60,812 nucleotides of DNA from a virus. Taxonomy: Duplodnaviria > Caudoviricetes. A model generated the notes under the pieces. It made no database searches, was not told where the DNA came from, and saw only the letters and a program-made list of their open reading frames with translations. How positions within the stretch are numbered: the first letter of the stretch is position 1; every line of letters starts with the position of its first letter. A program made the translations under genes and the position numbers. Below are positions 49,340-58,070 of the stretch, one piece after another. The stretch covers positions 1-60,812 of IMG/VR virus record IMGVR_UViG_3300019752_000008; one strand, given 5' to 3'.

Positions 49340-49993
49340 ATGAAAAATATAGTGCAAGTTAGAGATGATAAACTTTTAGTGTCTATCAAAGATATTGCAA
49401 AGTTTAGTGGTGTAGAATATGAATCTACTCAAAGACTCGTGAGAAAGTCAAGAGATGAGTTCTTAGAACTTGGCTTAAGCATACCTAAAGAGTCGGATTT
49501 CAAATCCGTCTTATTTGATGAATATCAAGCTTCTTTTTTGATTACCCTTATGAAAAATACTCCTATTGTAAAAAGATTTAAGCTTGACTTGGTAAAACAG
49601 TTTAAAACATTAAACCTTGAGAGATGTGATAACAATAAAAAAGTTTTAGAATCAAAACAATACCAACTAAAACTATCTCAAAAAGAAACCGAAAAAGCTA
49701 AAAGACAAAAATATGCAACTGCTGGAGATGATGAGTTTTGTAATGTTCACAGATTTAGAATAGATCATGAACTTGACATATCAGATGAAGAACTAAACAA
49801 TATCTTTATAGATGAAAATATCCTTGGTCAAAAACTTGTGAATAGATATGTACCCTGCCCTACTGGTGAATTTTCTAAATATGATGGAACTTCTGTAGTT
49901 TTAAATATAAGAAAAATGCTAGATATTTGTGACAAGAGAAATATTAAGAAGATAGATGAAGAGTTGAATTTGTTTAATATGGAGCAATCATGA
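49340..49993 (+). CDS. Rha-family regulator / antirepressor-like
   Basis: E.QA.FL.TLMKN...V..FK..LVKQF. Confidence 0.8.
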   Translation: MKNIVQVRDDKLLVSIKDIAKFSGVEYESTQRLVRKSRDEFLELGLSIPKESDFKSVLFDEYQASFLITLMKNTPIVKRFKLDLVKQFKTLNLERCDNNKKVLESKQYQLKLSQKETEKAKRQKYATAGDDEFCNVHRFRIDHELDISDEELNNIFIDENILGQKLVNRYVPCPTGEFSKYDGTSVVLNIRKMLDICDKRNIKKIDEELNLFNMEQS

Positions 49994-50190
49994 AAAAGAT
50001 ATTTAATCTAAGTGTTCTAGGATACGGATTCAAAATTAGCTACTTTGGTTATGATAAAAACGAAAACTACGATGGAAGTCTGAGCAAGTGGGGAATAGGT
50101 AAACATTGGTCAAAATGGAATAATCCTCATATAACTTTTTTTATTAATTATAGATGGCTTTGCTTTCATCTGTTATTAAATAGAGACTAA
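49990..50190 (+). CDS. Hypothetical protein
   Basis: ATGA overlap. Confidence 0.5.
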   Translation: MKKIFNLSVLGYGFKISYFGYDKNENYDGSLSKWGIGKHWSKWNNPHITFFINYRWLCFHLLLNRD

Positions 50191-50212
50191 ATTAATACAA
50201 AAGGAGACATAA

Positions 50213-50548
50213 ATGATAAATAAAGAATTAATAAAGCAAAGAAAAGAGCAATATGGCTCAAACTTTAAAGACATAGAAGACAAATGGAACGAATATCTAC
50301 AACAAAACAAAGGCTTAGAATATCTAGTAACCATAATGGATGTATGTAATCTTATGGCACTTATGAAAACTGCTAGAATAGAAGCTATTGAGTTAAAAAT
50401 ACAAGAACTTAATGAACTAGAAAAAGGTTCATCTAGGTGTACTGATAGGATATATGACAAACTTCAAGAGTCTTTGAAAGACAGTATTGAAGACAGGAGT
50501 AATTATCTTTGGATAGCTAATAATTTTAAAGAATATGAGGAGATGTAA
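50213..50548 (+). CDS. DUF6378-like protein
   Basis: R..QYG..F..I...W...DV..LM.L.K.AR...DS..D...Y. Confidence 0.65.
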   Translation: MINKELIKQRKEQYGSNFKDIEDKWNEYLQQNKGLEYLVTIMDVCNLMALMKTARIEAIELKIQELNELEKGSSRCTDRIYDKLQESLKDSIEDRSNYLWIANNFKEYEEM

Positions 50549-50937
50549 TGAGCAAATGCAAACCACAAGGTATAAAAATAAAAGTAAGTGACTTTAAACA
50601 AGCACTTTTAAATAAAAAGTCAATTGATAGCAAACTATATATTCAACTAATTGAATCAACAATAGACAAAGTTCAAAAGCCCTCTATATTGAATCTTTGG
50701 AACTTATGGGGTGTAGAAGACAGAACAAGTATCGAAATAAACATTAACAAAGCTATCAAAAAATCTACAAATAAATTTATGATGTTCTATGATTTTGTAT
50801 CTATTGATTCTATTTATTGGGGAGAGCCAAACTTTAATTATTTTGAAGACCAATTGAAAATATGTGAAATTATACAAGATGAATTTATGTGGGTAGATAT
50901 GGATACTGCTGAGTTTGTTAGTAAGTATTGCGATTAG
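50548..50937 (+). CDS. Hypothetical protein
   Basis: GAGGAG RBS. Confidence 0.6.
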   Translation: MSKCKPQGIKIKVSDFKQALLNKKSIDSKLYIQLIESTIDKVQKPSILNLWNLWGVEDRTSIEININKAIKKSTNKFMMFYDFVSIDSIYWGEPNFNYFEDQLKICEIIQDEFMWVDMDTAEFVSKYCD

Positions 50938-50949
50938 AAGGGTGTATGA

Positions 50950-51942
50950 ATGACAAATAAACCAATACATAAGTTAGGACTTCCTTATATGGGTAGCAAA
51001 AGAAAGTTAGCAAAACCAATAATTGATTATATATTAAAACATAATCTAAATACTAAATATTTTTATGATGTATTTGGCGGTGGCGGTGCCATGAGTTTAG
51101 AAGCTATTCAAAGACCCAAAATAAAAGAAGTTTTTTATAATGATTTTAATACAGGTATAACTGAGCTTTTAAAAAAACTTGCCAAAGATGGTGTAGTAGG
51201 TGAGATGTATAAGTGGATAGATAGAGATACTTTTAAAAAGCATAAAGATGATGATACTTGGTATGGTGGATATTTAGCTACTGTTTGGAGTTTTGGAAAT
51301 AATAAAGATAAAGGGTATCTGTACGGAGCAGATATAGAAGAGGACAAAAAACTACTCCATAAAATTATAGTTTTTTCTTGCCAAGACTCTCTTAATATTT
51401 TAAATAACAAATATAATATTGGTATAAATCTTAATAATGGTATTTTTAAAGAAGATGTCATCCAAAGAAGACTTAGAATTGTTTCGGAAATTAAATCCTT
51501 TATTTGCTCTGATAATAGCAATCCTCTGGTGCAACATCTTATTATGATAGAGTCTTTAACACGACTACAGAACCTACAGAACCTACAGAACCTACAGAAC
51601 CTACAGAACCTACAGATATCGAATCTAAGCTACGAAAAAGTAAACATAACTACTGATCCTAAAGAAACTATAATATTTCTTGATCCACCTTATATAGATA
51701 CTGCAAAATACACTAAAGGAATTTGCCATAAGGAACTTTATGATTGGATTGAGCAACTTACCGATAAAGGATATAAAGTTTATCTTACAAGCTACGAAAG
51801 TCCTTTAATATGTGTAAAAGAATTTAAACATAGAAGTACGCTATCTGCAACTGCTAACAATGAGGTAACCGAGAAACTATTTAGTAATTTTAAGGATGTT
51901 ATAGAGCCTGAAAAAGTTATGACACAGGGGAGTCTATTTTAA
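50950..51942 (+). CDS. D12-class N6-adenine DNA methyltransferase
   Basis: PYMGSK, DVFGGGG, DPPY. Confidence 0.9.
   Translation: MTNKPIHKLGLPYMGSKRKLAKPIIDYILKHNLNTKYFYDVFGGGGAMSLEAIQRPKIKEVFYNDFNTGITELLKKLAKDGVVGEMYKWIDRDTFKKHKDDDTWYGGYLATVWSFGNNKDKGYLYGADIEEDKKLLHKIIVFSCQDSLNILNNKYNIGINLNNGIFKEDVIQRRLRIVSEIKSFICSDNSNPLVQHLIMIESLTRLQNLQNLQNLQNLQNLQISNLSYEKVNITTDPKETIIFLDPPYIDTAKYTKGICHKELYDWIEQLTDKGYKVYLTSYESPLICVKEFKHRSTLSATANNEVTEKLFSNFKDVIEPEKVMTQGSLF
51565..51615 (+). repeat. 9-bp tandem repeat CTACAGAAC (LQN)n
   Basis: 5 units plus a partial unit, in frame. Confidence 0.95.
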
Positions 51943-52154
51943 TGCAAACAAAAACTAAAAGCTTTATAGAAGCTAATACAAATACATTTATAGGATTTAT
52001 TGTTTCTTATATACTAGCACTAACTGTTTTGCCTTTATATGGTGTAGAACAATCGTTTAGCGTAAGTCTTGAGATTACTTTGATATATACTGTTGCTTCA
52101 AGTGGAAGGAATTATTTTGTCAGAAGGTATTTTAATAAAAACCAAATAAACTAG
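51942..52154 (+). CDS. Small 2-TM phage membrane protein
   Basis: QTK..S.IE...N..IG...R.Y.VRR.FN. Confidence 0.7.
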   Translation: MQTKTKSFIEANTNTFIGFIVSYILALTVLPLYGVEQSFSVSLEITLIYTVASSGRNYFVRRYFNKNQIN

Positions 52155-52279
52155 GCGACCGCACCATTGGAAACCTAGCTTAAAATATCTATCAAGGAGA
52201 TGTAAAATTATATCTAAAAACACCCATCATGTCAATATTTATTTTAACTTGATTTTTTATTTTATTTATTGTATAATGG

Positions 52280-52421
52280 TTTTAATATTCTTAATGAGCG
52301 TCCAAACTCATCTATGCTCTAGCACTTGCTAGGGCGTTCATTAAGGTTATTAATTTTTATGATAGATAGTTTGGACGCATTCAATCATAAAACCTTAAAA
52401 TTTATTGTTCCGAAAGAAAAC
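52280..52421 (+). ncRNA. Structured leader/antisense RNA, copy B (c4/CI-like architecture)
   Basis: Helices 52290-303/52332-45, 52316-23/52328-35 and 52298-315/52362-78; TATAAT at 52272. Confidence 0.65.
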
Positions 52422-53099
52422 ATGAACGAACTTTCCAAAGTTTTTAATGGTACACCGATAAAGGTGCAAGAAACTAATGGTGAACTGTTTTTTGACATAA
52501 GTGGTGTATCTGGAAGATATAAGAAGAATATCACTGATTGGAAAAACAGCAAAGAAACCTTAAATTACATTGAAGAGTTAGAAAAATCTAATCCTTTAGA
52601 TTATATTAAGGTTATCAAAGAAAGAGGCTCGCAACCAAAAACATTTATTCATAAAAAATTACTTATGCTATTTGCAAGATTTATAAATGTTAAATTTGCT
52701 ATATGGTGTGATGAAATTATTGAGTCAATACTAATAGGTGAAAAATCTTTAATCAACAATCAGCTACTCATGAAAGAAACTCAACTTAAAAATGCACAAA
52801 AACAACTAAGTGAAGTATCTAAAAATAATATGAAAACATATAAAGATGGATTCATGTCTCTTAGAAAATATATAAAAGATAGAAACATTAAAATCAGTCA
52901 AGATTTAGCTATAGAAAAATTACTTGAAAATAAGATCATAGACTACAAAGAGGTTGTAATAAATAAGCAACAACTTATAGAATCTTACTACGGATATCAA
53001 GAAAGTGAAGGTACAGGTATAAAGTTTAATCCTCGTGCTTTAGATGAGTTGTTTGTTTATGAGAATGAAGCTAGTTTATTTGATATGGGAGAATCTTGA
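52422..53099 (+). CDS. KilA-N domain antirepressor-like protein
   Basis: FNGT.I...W.....T..YI..L...TFIH..L...FARFI...FAIWCD; start by analogy with copy A. Confidence 0.85.
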   Translation: MNELSKVFNGTPIKVQETNGELFFDISGVSGRYKKNITDWKNSKETLNYIEELEKSNPLDYIKVIKERGSQPKTFIHKKLLMLFARFINVKFAIWCDEIIESILIGEKSLINNQLLMKETQLKNAQKQLSEVSKNNMKTYKDGFMSLRKYIKDRNIKISQDLAIEKLLENKIIDYKEVVINKQQLIESYYGYQESEGTGIKFNPRALDELFVYENEASLFDMGES

Positions 53100-53929
53100 T
53101 GATTGATTTATATAAAGGTGACTGTTTAGAGGTTATGGATGAGCTTATAGCTAAAGGTGTAGTTGTAGATGCAATAATTACAGACCCACCTTATGGTACA
53201 ACTGCTTGTAAGTGGGATTCAGTTATACCTATGCCTGATATGTGGCTCAGACTAAATAAACTCATCAAATCAAATGGTGCAATAGTACTTTTTGGAAGTG
53301 AGCCTTTTAGTAGTACTTTAAGAATGAGTAATATTAAGAACTATAAGTATGATTGGATTTGGGAGAAACAATATGCCACTAACTTCATGGGAGCTAAAAA
53401 TGCACCATTGAAGTATCACGAGAATATATCTGTTTTTAGTAACAATAAGCACTTTTACAATGGGCAACAATATAAAGTTATTGAATTAGAAGAAATACAA
53501 AATATGGATAAAAAATCATTATTGTCTTTTTTTACAGATAGGCTTTATGATAGGTTTGCAAAAGTGGACAGAAGAAAAAATGTTAACAATATAGAAGATA
53601 GGGGGGAATGTCACTTAGGAAAAGTAAAACACACTAGAAAAATAGATGATGGTTTTAGAAATCCAAAAAGTGTTATTAAAATAAATGGAAGTAAAAATAA
53701 TAATGTACATCCAACACAAAAACCAGTAGCACTAATGGAATATCTAATAAAAACATATACAAATGAGGGTGAGTTAGTTTTAGACTTCACTATGGGTAGT
53801 GGAACGACGGGTGTAGCTTGTAAGAACTTAGGTCGTGACTTTATCGGTATAGAGATGAATGATAAGTATTTTGACATAGCGAAAAAGCGTATAGAAGATA
53901 CAGTAGTAGAGAAAGGGTTGATTGACTAA
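53096..53929 (+). CDS. N4/N6 DNA methyltransferase (beta class)
   Basis: TDPPYG, HPTQKP, DFTMGSGTTG. Confidence 0.93.
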   Translation: MMIDLYKGDCLEVMDELIAKGVVVDAIITDPPYGTTACKWDSVIPMPDMWLRLNKLIKSNGAIVLFGSEPFSSTLRMSNIKNYKYDWIWEKQYATNFMGAKNAPLKYHENISVFSNNKHFYNGQQYKVIELEEIQNMDKKSLLSFFTDRLYDRFAKVDRRKNVNNIEDRGECHLGKVKHTRKIDDGFRNPKSVIKINGSKNNNVHPTQKPVALMEYLIKTYTNEGELVLDFTMGSGTTGVACKNLGRDFIGIEMNDKYFDIAKKRIEDTVVEKGLID

Positions 53930-53964
53930 TAGCTAATCTAACAGTCAAATAACCACTACCAAAA

Positions 53965-54792
53965 ATGGATTCTAAAAACTCCAATACCATACTATTGTCA
54001 AAAAAATGGGATAGACTAAAGGCTATTAAAAAAGCTAATAAGTCTAAACTCCATGACTTTTATTATCTTAGAGATAAGAGCATATCTAGTGGATTAAAAC
54101 AATTAATGCTAACATTCACTTATAAAGATGACGATAAATACTTCAAGATGGATGTAATCAACCATATAAAGAATTATGTTACCAAACAGTTAAGAAACTA
54201 TGGTATTAAATATTATGCAACGATTGAAGTTGGAAGTGACTATGACAACCCTCATGCTCATTTTCAAATATACTATGATGATATATCAAAAATAAACCAC
54301 ATTAAAGATGCCACAGTTGAGCGATATGGTCTTTTCTCTGAATATAGTACTACTACTATACCTAAATGTAAAGATGTACGATATGACTATGTAGTAAAAG
54401 ACTATAAGATACAAGACGATAATCAATTGTTACTATTAGATGATGTTAAGAGGGACTATAGATCTAAACTACATAAGAACATAAGGTTTACATCGTTTAG
54501 CAAGGAAAAGTATTCTAAGGCTATTTATAAGAAAGCATATAGTCATGGAATACTTAAGCAAAATGTTGATTGGTTGATTGATAATTGTATAATTAGTAAG
54601 GATATTGAGGTTACTGATTATAGAGTTATTTATTGGTTTGAGATGATGGTTTATTATTATTTTCAGTCATTTAGTATAATAATAGAACTAGTAAGTATGT
54701 CTACGACATTGATGTCGGAGACATATGGAATTAAAAAAGCCACACATCAAACAAAACAAAAGATATGTTTTGAGATATATGGCTTTTCATAG
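53965..54792 (+). CDS. HUH (rolling-circle Rep-like) endonuclease
   Basis: Motif 1 MLTFTY, motif 2 E......PHAHF, motif 3 YVVK. Confidence 0.75.
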   Translation: MDSKNSNTILLSKKWDRLKAIKKANKSKLHDFYYLRDKSISSGLKQLMLTFTYKDDDKYFKMDVINHIKNYVTKQLRNYGIKYYATIEVGSDYDNPHAHFQIYYDDISKINHIKDATVERYGLFSEYSTTTIPKCKDVRYDYVVKDYKIQDDNQLLLLDDVKRDYRSKLHKNIRFTSFSKEKYSKAIYKKAYSHGILKQNVDWLIDNCIISKDIEVTDYRVIYWFEMMVYYYFQSFSIIIELVSMSTTLMSETYGIKKATHQTKQKICFEIYGFS

Positions 54793-54939
54793 TGTGCGTC
54801 ACTAACAAACTGTAAGAGAATTATAGCGTAATTTTATAAAATTACTTCTATACGATGTAAACTTAACCTAAATGTAAAGATTTAAGTTTATTTTAATACA
54901 TTTATGTTAATATTTTAATATAACAAAAAAGGATATGAA

Positions 54940-55314
54940 ATGTTTTTAAATCAATCAGTTTATTACAATGATGGGATAGATACTTATCCTGTGGAAATTA
55001 AAAAGTGTAGCCCCAAGATGGTTTGGATCGATTTAGACGGACAAATCAAAAGAGTTAAAAAAACTAGTTGTCACTATCAAGAAACAGACGGCGGTTTTAT
55101 TTGTGTTGATAAGTTGGATAGGCTAATTTCTTGTAATAGTTCTAAAATCCCCGACTATACGATCATGAAAGATAGTGTTGTTAGCTGGCAAGGCTTTTCT
55201 TTTATTAAAGAAAGAAAAGCAACAGACGAGGATTATTCTATATATCCTCAAACTGTAGATAAGCGATATATTAGATGGTCTAATTGGACTAGTGAAGATG
55301 AAAAAGGACTATAG
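54940..55314 (+). CDS. Hypothetical protein
   Basis: AAGGAT RBS. Confidence 0.65.
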   Translation: MFLNQSVYYNDGIDTYPVEIKKCSPKMVWIDLDGQIKRVKKTSCHYQETDGGFICVDKLDRLISCNSSKIPDYTIMKDSVVSWQGFSFIKERKATDEDYSIYPQTVDKRYIRWSNWTSEDEKGL

Positions 55315-55621
55315 CATGATATTTGAATATGTTACAAAAAAAGAAATTCCATCCGAAGTACTTGAAGCTATAGATATCTTAAGGGCTAAAAATAACTCTT
55401 CAAAGCTTGATTCTTTAAAGGGTACTAAAATACTGCTACATGAAAATCACAGTACTAAAAGTCATTTTATTCTATCTGGTGAATTACCTTGGAGCGGAAA
55501 TTATTTTGCTAATTTTACACTAAATTTAAAAGGTTTGCACTTGGAAACGAGTTGTCATATAAAGTTACTAAATCATATTAAACTTTATTACGATTTAAAG
55601 GATAAACATGACAAGAGATAA
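55292..55621 (+). CDS. Hypothetical protein
   Basis: AAGGA RBS before MIFEY. Confidence 0.55.
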   Translation: MKMKKDYSMIFEYVTKKEIPSEVLEAIDILRAKNNSSKLDSLKGTKILLHENHSTKSHFILSGELPWSGNYFANFTLNLKGLHLETSCHIKLLNHIKLYYDLKDKHDKR

Positions 55622-55823
55622 ATTTTACGAAAAATTAAAAGCAAACAATATATCAAGAAAAGAGTTTTTTACGAACTTGCTTGGTAAAAAAACTGATTGT
55701 ATAAGTAGATACGGGAAATATGGTGAAATACCTAAGTTGTATGATAGGATTCTAGAGCTTTATATTTTTAAAAAGAAGTATGATATTTTGCAAGAAATAT
55801 TAGTAAGAAAGGATACCGAATGA
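55608..55823 (+). CDS. Small XRE-like HTH protein
   Basis: F.EKLK..NISRKEF...LG.....IS.YG...IP. Confidence 0.55.
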   Translation: MTRDKFYEKLKANNISRKEFFTNLLGKKTDCISRYGKYGEIPKLYDRILELYIFKKKYDILQEILVRKDTE

Positions 55824-56173
55824 GTGAAATAACAATAAGTAAAGAGTTAGTGAGTGAGGTTTTAAATATAAATTACGATTCTATAGATATTAGAAACAAT
55901 GTATTGTATATAACTTATAATGTTAAAAAATATTTCGATGGTAATGTAAAGGAAATCAACCTCTGCGAGTTCATACATAAGAACTGTAAAGAGTGGGCGT
56001 TAAACAAAGGGTTTTATTGGAGCATTAATTATGATTCAAAATACGTATGCGTAGAAATTCTAAAAGGAAGCATAAATAGAGAAGACGGAGAATGGAATCA
56101 ATCTATTTCTAAAACTGAAGAGGAAGCAATAATAAAAAATTGTGAATGGATACTAAAAAAACATAAAGGATAA
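55820..56173 (+). CDS. Hypothetical protein
   Basis: ISKELVSEVL...TE.EAIIK.CEWIL. Confidence 0.65.
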   Translation: MSEITISKELVSEVLNINYDSIDIRNNVLYITYNVKKYFDGNVKEINLCEFIHKNCKEWALNKGFYWSINYDSKYVCVEILKGSINREDGEWNQSISKTEEEAIIKNCEWILKKHKG

Positions 56174-56216
56174 AAAATGAGTAGTTGTTGTGAAGCCAAA
56201 GTAGTTTGGTATAAAG

Positions 56217-56429
56217 GTGGGTATGTTTGTAGTTGTTGTGGTATGCCACATCGTAAAGTTTTGGAATGATGAAATTATGGAAGAAGAAATAAGCTATGAA
56301 GAGTTTTTATGTTTTTGTGAGCAATGGAACATAGAGCCTTTGGATGAAAGTTCTGATTGGGAACAACAATATAGAGACAATGTTGAATATATGCAAACAG
56401 GAGAAGGCTACCCTACTGGGTTAAGATAA
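56217..56429 (+). CDS. Small acidic protein (start probably MEEEIS)
   Basis: Operon packing. Confidence 0.45.
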   Translation: MGMFVVVVVCHIVKFWNDEIMEEEISYEEFLCFCEQWNIEPLDESSDWEQQYRDNVEYMQTGEGYPTGLR

Positions 56430-56453
56430 AATAGTATAGATACTACAAAAGGA
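56426..56453 (+). promoter_or_regulatory. 28-bp palindrome+RBS element, identical inverted copy at 22787-22814
   Basis: ATAAAATAGTATAGATACTACAAAAGGA. Confidence 0.7.
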
Positions 56454-56458
56454 TAAAA

Positions 56459-57154
56459 GTGGAAAAGATTAAATTTCTAGAACTATATGCAGGAAGTGGA
56501 GGCATGGGTGATATTGCCCGTGCTTTAGGATATGAGGTTTTTAGTATAGATTGGGAGGATTATGAAAATGTTGACTTGCAAATGGATATCGCTAAGTTAA
56601 AGATTAGTGATTTACCTTGGATTCCTGATATTGTTCATATGAGTCCCGACTGTACAACATATAGTATTGCTGCTATTTCGACTCATAGAAATAAACATGA
56701 CAGAAGTGGAAAAACAGAATATGCAAAGCAATGTGACGCTACTAATTTGCATACTCAAAACCTGTTAAAAGAGTTGTTAATTTTAAATCCAAATTTGGTT
56801 TACTATATTGAAAATCCTAGAGGTGGTATGAGAAAGATGGATTTTATGGATTATTATCCTATTAGACATACGGTTTGGTATTGTCAGTATGGAGATGATA
56901 GAGCTAAGCCTACTGACATTTGGACTAACAATAAAGGCTGGATTCCTCGCCCTATGTGTCATAATAAGAAAAAAGATAAAGACGGTAATGTTATCCATCA
57001 TTGCCATCACGAGTCTGCTCCTAGAGGGTCTAAGACTGGAACTCAAGGGAAAAATTTGAGTTACGAAAGAAGTAAGATACCTCTTCAATTATGTGCTGAG
57101 ATTTTGATATCTCCCAGAATGCCCGTAGATAAAAAAGAAGGTGTCTTGTTTTGA
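56459..57154 (+). CDS. C5-cytosine DNA methyltransferase-like
   Basis: LELYAGSG, SPDC, IENP, YCQYG...KPT.IW, RSKIP. Confidence 0.85.
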   Translation: MEKIKFLELYAGSGGMGDIARALGYEVFSIDWEDYENVDLQMDIAKLKISDLPWIPDIVHMSPDCTTYSIAAISTHRNKHDRSGKTEYAKQCDATNLHTQNLLKELLILNPNLVYYIENPRGGMRKMDFMDYYPIRHTVWYCQYGDDRAKPTDIWTNNKGWIPRPMCHNKKKDKDGNVIHHCHHESAPRGSKTGTQGKNLSYERSKIPLQLCAEILISPRMPVDKKEGVLF

Positions 57155-57164
57155 CACTTCTTTT
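57133..57164. terminator. Bidirectional terminator
   Basis: AAAGAAGGTGTC-loop-GACACTTCTTT between convergent genes. Confidence 0.7.
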
Positions 57165-57810
57165 ATTTTGACATCTCCAAGTGGGACATTCTATTGTCCC
57201 ATCCGCTTAAATATCTACCGTATTTGTCTGGATTTGATTTCCATAATTTTATATATATAGATTTCATATTTGATAACATTCTTGTTTCAAAGTGATACCC
57301 TTCGCTTTCTAGGCTAGTTATAAAATCTAGTCCATTCTTTGTTTTTTCACCATACGAGCCATCTATTGATGATAAGTTGCTAGGAAAGTTAAATATTACA
57401 CTCATTTCCAATAGAGCTTCTTGCACTGCTTTCCATGCGTTTTTAGGGCTATTTGTATACATAGAGTACATAGCTACTTGACATTCTTTTGGAAATAGTT
57501 CCATATGTGCATCTTTTAAAAAGTCTCTGTAGAACCCTTCTGCTAGTTGTTGCACACCATAAGCTGATTTCTCAACTAGACTATTTACTATTTTTATATC
57601 ATCATTATTCCACTCTTTTGTATCTTTGTCTATATCTAAACTTTCAGCTAACTCCACTATATACTGATACATTCTTGAATTTGGTTTTAGATATATACCA
57701 TATGGACAAGTTATGTCCTCTTCACCTTCATTTCGGTGAACTAGTTTACTTTCTACTTCACCTATGTATTTTACTACTTCTTTTATATCTTTCATTTTAT
57801 ATTCCTGCAC
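57163..57810 (-). CDS. Endolysin, GH108-like with PG-binding C-terminus
   Basis: E......T.PYGI, IDGSYGEKT, GWDNR. Confidence 0.8.
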   Translation of the reverse strand: MQEYKMKDIKEVVKYIGEVESKLVHRNEGEEDITCPYGIYLKPNSRMYQYIVELAESLDIDKDTKEWNNDDIKIVNSLVEKSAYGVQQLAEGFYRDFLKDAHMELFPKECQVAMYSMYTNSPKNAWKAVQEALLEMSVIFNFPSNLSSIDGSYGEKTKNGLDFITSLESEGYHFETRMLSNMKSIYIKLWKSNPDKYGRYLSGWDNRMSHLEMSK

Positions 57811-58066
57811 TGTTTATTATTTTAAATTCGTAGCTTTTTTTAAGCATTTTAAACGACTCGTAGTATATTGAATTTTCCTCTATATGTAATTCTATTTCTC
57901 TTATCGCTTGTCCTATTTCATCCATAGTTAACAAAGGACTTATTAAAACTTGACCTACCTCTTCGATATACATTTCTTCAATCTTTTCTCTGGCACTTTT
58001 TGCATTATCTATCCTAGCTTGTTTAGCTACCATTCCATCTATTGCATCCTGCTCAAGTATTGGCAT
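57797..58066 (-). CDS. Hypothetical lysis-operon protein (89 aa)
   Basis: ATG just after the holin stop. Confidence 0.55.
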   Translation of the reverse strand: MPILEQDAIDGMVAKQARIDNAKSAREKIEEMYIEEVGQVLISPLLTMDEIGQAIREIELHIEENSIYYESFKMLKKSYEFKIINSAGI

Positions 58067-58070
58067 TGTG

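Noticed and set aside
51565-51615. ON/OFF phase variation by the 9-bp repeat in the adenine MTase
   Set aside because: The unit is a multiple of 3, so only linker length changes; such repeats are common in this family
52326-52421. N-terminal extension of the KilA-N ORF from TTG at 52326
   Set aside because: It runs through the structured RNA; the paralogous leader places the start at 52422
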